Origin: Ginkgo biloba | Lineage: Eukaryota; Plantae; Ginkgophyta | Direction: 5' to 3' | Length of the DNA: 18,192 bases | Assembly (NCBI GenBank): GCA_024626585.2 | Contig: JANKJI020000001.1 | Location: 6,331,342 to 6,349,533 of the forward strand | Part shown: one piece after another, positions 10,120-18,192 of the stretch | Layout: the number at the start of each line of letters is the position of its first letter | How positions within the stretch are numbered: the stretch's first letter is position 1 | Notes under the pieces: model-generated | What the model saw: the letters and a program-made list of their open reading frames with translations, nothing else | What the model was told of the DNA's origin: nothing | Databases searched by the model: none | Made by a program: the position numbers and the translations under genes

Positions 10120-11589
10120 AGTATGGCAAATGGCAAAAAGAACATAGGAGAAAATGGATGGTGCTATTGAAGCCAGATTCCAACAATTGGAGTCCAATGT
10201 GGAGATCATTCTGCAGTTGTTGTTGGAGTTGAAATATCAAAAAGATGAAAAAAAAATGAGCTAATTCTAGAAACATCAATTAAAGATCAAGGGGAGCCTA
10301 ATAGTTCTAAGACTGATGCAAAAAAACTTTTTACTGTAGAAGGAGACTCCCATGTGCCCAAGAATTCGTTTAAAGTTGAAGCAAACGTAGAAATCAAACC
10401 TTATAATGATGAGAAGAACCTACATAAGCTCAACAATTGGCTAAGGCAGTTGAAGATGCATTTCAGTTGTTATGGCTTTATTGATAAGGAGAAAATCTAC
10501 TTTTCTCAACTAAAGATTGAGGGATATGCAATGTTATGGTGGGAGAGCATACGCCAAGAAAGCCCCATCACCAATCAAAACCTCGTAACAGATTGGAAAA
10601 AATTCAAGCCTCTTGTCAAAGGCTAGTTTTATGCTATGTAAATTTTGATGTCGGATTGTCCATGTCGGTCGGAGTGGAAAAATGCATGTCAGATTTTCTC
10701 ATTTCGATCGGATTGAAAAATGCATGTCAGTCGGATTTAGTTGGGTATTAACCAAGTTGATTGGCATATTATGATGAAATACCTCAGCAGGTTGCATAGG
10801 CAGATCAAGAAGGAAGCCATCTTATTCGAGGTGAAAACACTATATGAAGCATGCAAGAAGGTCATGTATGTCGAAGCAAAATATGGTAAAAGACTTGTTG
10901 TCGATGTTGGTATTAGTAGTTCCAAAGCGAAAGGGAAAAATACTCTGATAAAGAAGGGGAGCAATCTGACAAGCAAGAGGAAGGTTGCTAATATGACCTA
11001 GACACGTCCTTAGTGTGATCATTGCCATAAGGGTGGTCATAAGAAGGAGCAATGTTGGAAGTTGCATCCTGAATTAATCCTAAATAACAAGATCGACAAA
11101 AGATTCCTCATGTCTCAATCCACCAAGGTGGAAGGAAAGGAGGTTGAAGGTGTGTCAAACGTAGATGACAAAGTATCCTTGATGGTTCAGCCAAAAGGCA
11201 AACATCTTAATACCGATAGCACCTCTAAAGGAAAAGCTAAGGTTGTTCAATCCCCAATTGCTGCCGACAAGAAATATGTGGTCGATGCTATTGTTGCCAA
11301 GAGTGAGTTAGTGAATGGTGCAAGGGAGAAGTTGTTCCATATCAAGATGTAGACCAAGAAGACTATGGTGATAACCATTATTTTCTTGAGAAACCAAAAG
11401 AATTTGATCTTAGAAGCATTGGTATGATAATTGGGCTTGAAGATAATTACACACCTTAAACCATATCCATTGGGATAGTTGTAGAAGGATGTTGAGCTTC
11501 AAGTCACCTGCTAGTGTAACTTCAAATTCTGCATCTCAAGCCAATTCATCGACGAGGTAGAATGTGATGTGGTGCCTCTTAATGTCTGC
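10120..11589 (+). mobile_element. Degenerate Ty3/gypsy LTR-retrotransposon gag - zinc knuckle - aspartic protease
   Basis: One frame from 10354 to 11589 with several stops: gag FKVEANVEIKPY..LNNWLRQL..LKIEGYAMLWWES..WKKFK; CCHC knuckle CDHCHKGGHKKEQC (11014-11055); protease-like LFHIKM*..QKNLI..LGL...HLKPYPLG*..FIDEVECDVVPLNVC with the catalytic D-S/T-G lost. Ends at an N-gap; 5' boundary approximate. Confidence 0.9.
10648..10738. repeat. 38-bp imperfect tandem repeat (~2.3 copies) inside gag
   Basis: atgtcggattgtccatgtcggtcggagtggaaaaatgc (10648-10685) / atgtcagattttctcatttcgatcggattgaaaaatgc (10686-10723) / atgtcagtcggattt. Confidence 0.75.
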
Positions 11590-11689
11590 NNNNNNNNNNN
11601 NNNNNNNNNNNNNNNNNNNNNNNNNNNNNNNNNNNNNNNNNNNNNNNNNNNNNNNNNNNNNNNNNNNNNNNNNNNNNNNNNNNNNNNNN

Positions 11690-13966
11690 TCTTCGTTTTT
11701 CTTCTTCCACAAGTATGTGTATTCCATTCTTACAAGTTTATCCTCCCCCAATTAGAGGTAATCTTCCTATTCCATCCATTAGGCCTACTCCATATTTGGT
11801 TTTACAAGGGAATTTCTACCCCGCTACTACCATATCAATCAAGTAACATTCCTTAGTTTGTGGTACCATCATCTTCCATTGATCAACCCTCTTTCATTCC
11901 AAGTGGTGGTCAACCACCTTTTTTGGTGAGAACCCAACCATTCATGTCATTTAGGAGCATAGCTTCCCAATACTATAATCCACCTTCTAGCTAATATATT
12001 CCATATCCAAATCCTCCATATCCAACTATTATAACCTAATCTAATCCACCATAAAACATGCCATATAGAAATCCATTCTTCTAACAATTCTATTGGATCC
12101 ATGCAAAATGATCAACCTTTTAAAATTTCACCCAACTAATCACCTAAGACCTCTTAGGAGGAACTATGAATCCTTCCCCTTCACAAGGCCTACAGTAGTC
12201 ATGTTTATCTTGCATGGAATGTTTTAACTCTTCCATAGACATTCCTTAACAAATGATCTAATCATTCATGATCCATGTTGGCCACTATTTTCTAAAGAAA
12301 TTCTCTCCTCCTGACCTAAATTTTTAGTAAGGGATGATGAGAATCCTCATCATCATTTAACTAATTTTAAGATATGGTGCAACACCCATGCATATGATAA
12401 ATCCATTAGATTAATCTTGTTCTAAAATTCCCCCACTAAGGAAGGAACTATGTGGTTTACAATTATCCCATCAATCCATTTCTTCCTTAGACTAATTGAA
12501 CGATATATTTCTTAAAAGGTTGCCTTATGTGCCTTAATTTGACTATTATGCTTCTCACCACTATGAAGTAAAGTCCTCACACCTTAGTTTTCCAACAAAT
12601 TAAACATTAGAGGGTAGATAGATTAAAATCTCCCCATGTAGATCCTAAAGAAGTTGATTGTTGGTTTTCAGAGAGTCTCCTTCCTCAACATGCATTTCAC
12701 ATTATGACAAAAATACCTAAGGATGAAGAACATTTAATTAGAGAAGCCCTACCCCTTAACATTTGCCTCCAAGAGTTTGATTATGTTGATATCATTAACT
12801 ATGTTCATATACAACCTAAGGATTATCCTCCTCCCCATTCACATACACATCAAACTATCTAAAAGAAATATGATGTAGACTTTAGGGATGGGGTTGCTAN
12901 NNNNNNNNNNNNNNNNNNNNNNNNNNNNNNNNNNNNNNNNNNNNNNNNNNNNNNNNNNNNNNNNNNNNNNNNNNNNNNNNNNNNNNNNNNNNNNNNNNNA
13001 GAGGGTAGACAAAGCTAAGTGTTCTAATGTAAACTTCAAAGAGACTAGTCATTAGTTTATGGAAAGTCTCCTTCCTTAAAATGTATTTTAAGAGACCTGG
13101 GGATGTAGAACATGCCATTCAATAATATTTTTCTTCCTAACATTTCAACAATCAATCTATTTTGGTATCATTAAATATATCCATAAATATCCTAATGGCA
13201 TTCCTCAAACCCATTCATGCAAATGCTAACATGCCCCAAGAAAACATGAAATAGTTGGGAATGGGGTCACTGATATTAATTTTAAGCCTTCATTCAATCA
13301 ACCTTCTAAATGATATATTTTTGGGTATGTTTCTCCCTATAACTCCACACAATTATAAGATTTCTAAATCAACTTGGCCATCAACTAAGAAACCACCCCC
13401 TCTTATTAGCCTTACTAATAATCCTCTAACCAACCAAAACTAAAACTATAATCCAAAACAAAATAGGAACAACAACAACAATAATAGGAGCAATCATGGT
13501 ATAGGTCACAACCAAAATAAGAGGTAAAGAAAAAACCTAAACTAAGACAATATCAACCAACCTCTATTGCGGTGTGACTATTGTAAAGTTGATACCCATG
13601 ATATAAAAGATTATCAATCTCGAGCTAAGGACCTAAAATATATGCAAGACCATAAAGTCATTTCCAATCCTACCTAAGAGGATTTTCTTATACACCCTCT
13701 AATGAAATTAAAGGAGGCACCTCATCCAACATTTTAACTACCACCAACACTACTACAATAATCTAATGCAATATTTATTTCTACATCATTACTAGCACAT
13801 GTTGCATGGATTCTAGACTTTCCTCCTAGGAGTTTGACTCCCTTAAGTTATCAACCATAGGAGTTCAATTAAATACTCTTAATATTATCAAGTTAGATAT
13901 TTTAAAAAATGATGAGGCCATCCTTAAGTTCATCATTATGTTGTTCAAGTTCATTATCTTTCCCTA
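11690..13966 (+). mobile_element. Highly degenerate Ty3/gypsy (Tat/Ogre/Athila-like) gag remnants
   Basis: Pro-rich leader, then from 12246 LTNDLIIHDPCWP..PKFLVRDDENPHHHLTNFKIWC..DKSIRLILF*..MWF (retrotransposon gag core), WFSESLLP..DEEHLIREA, an Asn-rich linker and a decayed knuckle CDYCKVDTHDIKDY (13573-13614). Many stops; interrupted by a gap. Confidence 0.7.
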
Positions 13967-13988
13967 NNNNNNNNNNNNNNNNNNNNNN

Positions 13989-14408
13989 CCTTCTGTTCAT
14001 CCTTCCATGAGTAATCAAATTCCAAATCCATTTTTTACATGGAGAATAAGAATCTCCTTCCACTTGATATTCTAGATAAGGAGGGATTCTTACATCCTAC
14101 CCCTGATGCATTTGAAGAGGGAAATCTCATGAACAATAGTGTGACCTACTATATTAACATTTCTAAAATGACAATCTTGAACACATTCTTATTAGAGTTG
14201 ATTGCTCCCCCTAAGAGGAAAATCAAATTCAATCCGTTTTTTAGTAATTTAGAGACATCTTTATATGGAATTACAATGATATGATTGGTATGGATCCTAG
14301 TTTTATTTGTCAACACATAGACATTAATCTTCAGGTTAGGATACTCCATAAAAAATAAAGACCAATCAAGTTGTAATTGGATGAAATAATTAAGAAAGAA
14401 GTTTAAAA
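13989..14408 (+). mobile_element. Degenerate Tat/Ogre-like pol, region just before reverse transcriptase
   Basis: EEGNLMN..INIS, then frameshifted EHILIRVDCSP*EE..FRDIFIWNYNDMIGMDPSFICQHI..RPI..IKKEV, resembling the FxDxFAWsY.dMpG.Dp motif that precedes RT in Tat/Ogre elements. Confidence 0.7.
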
Positions 14409-15111
14409 NNNNNNNNNNNNNNNNNNNNNNNNNNNNNNNNNNNNNNNNNNNNNNNNNNNNNNNNNNNNNNNNNNNNNNNNNNNNNNNNNNNNNNNNNNNN
14501 NNNNNNNNCATTTTCTCTTAATATTTTGTGATAGGTGTGGAGGTTCATATAAATAGTCCTCACAGTCACATCTATGGTTACGAGGTAAGATTTAGATTAA
14601 TAGAGGTATGTCGAGTGTTGAGTCCCTTGCCTAAGAAACATTGAGTGTAGTCAATTCTTTTCTTTTCTTTATTTGAATTGACATAAAATATATAGAAATA
14701 CACAAGAATGGTTCGACATAGCCTCACCTCCATTAATGTCATATGCTATTTGGTACCATCTCTCCAAAATCCATCTTGATTATTTATCCTTGGCAACATC
14801 TTCTCTTCCTTGATAGTTGATCTTCAATTATTATGAATGTTTATAATTCCTCTAAGTGTGACACCTGCCAATAAGCTAGTTGTAATATGTTTCTAGTGCT
14901 GTGGAAAGTTGTTTCTTGTATCACTTTCTTAAATATCTCAAAATTATATACATTGTCCTGTCACACTCATTTAGTATATACACCATTCAATAAGAAAATA
15001 TGCTTGTAAGTAGATAAAGTTGTTTGTCACATCATTTGGCATATAAACCATCCAATAAGCAAATACACTTGTTAGCAAGCAAAGGCACCTGTCATGTTTA
15101 ACATTATTTAC

Positions 15112-15628
15112 ATCATTTTGCATAGATCTCAACATTACATACAATGTCTATATTCATTTATAATAGATGTTACTCAACAAGCAAAGAATCAAGTGTTATG
15201 TTCATTAAGCATGGATGCCTTCCAACAATAAATTATATTCATTGGTAGCCCTTAGAAAACTCATAGTTGGTATTTGTTGATGTTTTTTTTTATATCTTCA
15301 TTTTGACATTGTGTCGAAGGGTCCCTTACATTGATTGATTATGGTTCTTCTATATAATATAACCTAGTTATAATCATTTTCTATAGATCTCAACATTACA
15401 TACATTGTCTATATTCATTTATTATAGATGTTACTCAATAAGCAAAGACTCTTGTTATGTTCATTTATCATGGATTCCTTCCAACAATCAAATATATTCA
15501 TTGGTATCCCTTAAAAAACTCATTGATATTTGTTGATGATTTTTTTGATATCTTCATTTTGACATTATGTCAAAGACTCCCTTACATTAATTGATTATGG
15601 TGCTTCCATACAATATAACCTAGTTATA
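15112..15628. repeat. Direct tandem duplication, ~260 bp x2 (15112-15372; 15373-15628)
   Basis: Both copies begin atcatttt..atagatctcaacattacataca and end ..aatataacctagttata; colinear with scattered substitutions and small indels. Confidence 0.95.
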
Positions 15629-15689
15629 AACTCGAAGTGCCCCTTTCGTAAAATTTTATTCATCTATTGTGAGTTGAATTCTTTATTTT

Positions 15690-16303
15690 TGCTAGACCTT
15701 ACTCCTTGATAGTGTATGTTTAGCCTTAGAGAGTGAATGTGATGAAGTGTTTCTTGTGATTCATCCTATATGTTCCTAGATTGATCAACCATTGTACTCT
15801 TAGTACTACATCCACTCCTCCTATCTCTATTATGAAGAATGAATCCTTGATTATGTACTCTCTTAGTTTTAGATCCATATTATGTACGACACTAGTACAC
15901 ATGATATTAATATTCCTTAGCACACTTATATGAAACCTCTCTATTATGTCGGCATAAAGCCCTAGTCATTAAATTTGCTTCTTATCAATTATGTTTAAGG
16001 TACTAATAATTTATTTTTCTTCATGAAGTCATGGGTTTTGAATGTGTTTAGACACTCTAAACTTACCATGGATGCAAATTGTATTTTTGGCTCTCTTGTA
16101 TCCATGGTGGTCTCAAGCATTGATTCCTTAATTAAGTGGTCATTATCATTATCCTCCTAGGTTTGATCTTATTCTTGTTTTTATTTGACCTCCTCTTCAT
16201 TTTATTCCTTCTCATCATGTTTTCTTTGGGCCTCTGCCATGCACAATTTCATCTAGGGATATTTTTGGTCATGATTCTATGGTTCCTTACATTGGTAACA
16301 TGT
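15690..16303 (-). mobile_element. Degenerate Ty3/gypsy aspartic protease region
   Basis: CTSVVHNMDLKLREYIIKDSFFIIEIGGVDVVLRVQWLINLG matches the C-terminal DvVLGxxWL motif of gypsy proteases. Boundaries approximate. Confidence 0.75.
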
Positions 16304-16403
16304 NNNNNNNNNNNNNNNNNNNNNNNNNNNNNNNNNNNNNNNNNNNNNNNNNNNNNNNNNNNNNNNNNNNNNNNNNNNNNNNNNNNNNNNNNNNNNNNNN
16401 NNN

Positions 16404-17270
16404 ACTATGATACTAAAGTTCTTAATAAACTTGTGGTAAAAACTTGTTCACCTATAAAATCTTATCGCCTCCATGACATAGGTTAGTGTCAACCACTCCA
16501 CAATCACCTTGACTTTTTCTAGGTCCATTCTCAGTCCTTTTTTGGTAATGACTATTCCTAAATTTATAAGACTCTGTCTAAAGAAACTGCACTTCTTCAG
16601 GTTCATAAACATATTCTCTTGTCGAAGTATTTTAAATACTTGTTGGAGATGCTCTTTATGCTCGTCGACATTCTTACTGGAAATCAAAATGTCATCCAGA
16701 TATATGACAACACTCTTACCAATGAGTGGTCGTAAGATAGAGTCCATTAAACTCATGACTGTGCTTGGTGCATTAGATAATTTGAATGGCATGACCCTCT
16801 ATTCATATAATCCATCCCTTATCTTAAATGCAGTCTTCTACTCATCTCCTTCTTGAATGTGAATTTGGTAGTATCCACTTCTAAGATCCACCTTTGAAAA
16901 ATAAGTTGATCCTCACAAACAATCCATTGTATCATCTATATGTGGCATGGGAAATTTATATTTGATGGTGATTTTGTTAATGGCTCGAGAATTTACATAC
17001 ATCCTGCATAATTTATCCTTCTTGGGTGCCAACACTACTAGTACAAAACACATGCTTAAACTCTCTAAAATGGGCCCTTGTTCCAATAACTTTTACACTT
17101 GTTAATTCATCTCCTCGTCTCTTAAGGGTTAATTCTATAAGCAACATTATTGGGTAAACTCAGTCTTAGGATCAGATCAATCTGATGTGTAATGCCTCTA
17201 TCAGGTGATAATCCTATTTTTAACTTTTCAGGTATAATGTCATTATAATCTTCCAATAGCTCCTTCTCTT
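16404..17270 (-). mobile_element. Degenerate Ty3/gypsy reverse transcriptase
   Basis: DRGITHQIDL..APKKD..RAINKITIKYKFPMPHIDD..YFSKVDLRSGYYQIHIQEGDE*KTAFK..GLYE*RVMPFKLSNAPST..VVIYLDDILI (YLDD at 16702-16691)..LKKCSF..KVKVIVEW; stops and frameshift present. Confidence 0.95.
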
Positions 17271-18192
17271 TTATCAGTATAGGGGTAGCCTATTAGGAAA
17301 AAGGGGTAGCTAAGGATTTAAGTATATCATTGTAAGTGTGTGACTCCACCATCCATAACACATCTCTAGTTATGAAAATAATCACTTTGACACATGAATA
17401 ATGACATAACCCATTTAAATTTATGGATAACCAAACATTTAGAAAAGGATTGCATTGAAAAAACATGCATAAGCTCCTTCGCTTATAACATGATCTCTTA
17501 TTTTACTAAAAATTGCTATAGTGATTGTGATTTAAATAAAGAGAATTCAAACCACATGCATTATTTACTAAATGAACTTATTATCAATTATCACCTTCGT
17601 CTAACATCTTACTAAATACAAATATTATCAATTATCCTCACAATTAATCTTCACAATCCTCTTCCACAAACCATACAACACATTAATTATCATTATAATG
17701 AACTCAATTAATATATTTTATCATTAATTATCTTAATAATTATTTTACTCTATTGTAACAAATTCGTACCCTTAAAAAATAATTACGATCTAATATTATT
17801 AATTCTTTCTTTTCTCTATTTTCTAATTGTTGGGTCATTATTTTGGTATTCTCTCACTTCTCTTACTATCACAAATGATTAATATTTATTAATGTTATAT
17901 TAGTAACACATTTATATATAACCATTCTAAATATCAGCAATTGCAATGATTTGAACTTTATACAACGTGAAAATTGTAATAGCATACAAATAATAATATA
18001 GATGATTCTATTGGAAGCTCACATCAAACCTCACCTTCTAGCTCATCTCTACTAGTTTTTTTGTCTATGTTAATTTTGGGATGTTTTACGCTCTTGATCA
18101 GACGCCTTTTGCCCTGCAAACAGCCTGGAGGGTGTGCGTGCCTGTGTCTGTTGGACTTTGTTTAGGATTACCTACATTGAATTGAATAAGGG

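Noticed and set aside
10648-10738. 38-bp repeat as a CRISPR-like array
   Set aside because: Units abut without unique spacers, only about 2 copies, eukaryotic context, no cas genes.
15112-15628. Duplication as an LTR pair or TRIM
   Set aside because: No internal region, PBS, PPT, TG..CA termini or target-site duplication.
16404-17270. RT as a retron/DGR-type or domesticated reverse transcriptase
   Set aside because: Typical Ty3/gypsy RT motifs with stops at conserved Trp codons and a frameshift; a dead retrotransposon.

Overview
Fragment of a draft plant nuclear genome scaffold, AT-rich, with 10 N-gaps (seven of them fixed 100/101-N spacers). A gymnosperm/conifer origin is my inference from the style of the P450 and retroelement peptides. 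The only intact gene is a two-exon A-type (CYP71-clan) cytochrome P450 on the minus strand, CYP82/CYP81-like (possibly gymnosperm CYP867): join(complement(8469..9389),complement(7764..8384)), 513 aa, with an 84-nt GT-AG intron. Its upstream region has two G-boxes (one matching the Em1a ABRE), a TGACG motif, a TATA candidate and two possible uORFs. The rest is decayed Ty3/gypsy retrotransposon debris (gag-zinc knuckle-protease, a Tat/Ogre-like gag and pre-RT piece, a protease piece, an RT with YLDD), local tandem duplications and low-complexity repeats. I see no evidence for a new multi-gene system. The best leads are the uncharacterised P450 (CxA heme motif, uORFs) and a frame-preserving foreign repeat patch inside the adjacent gag.
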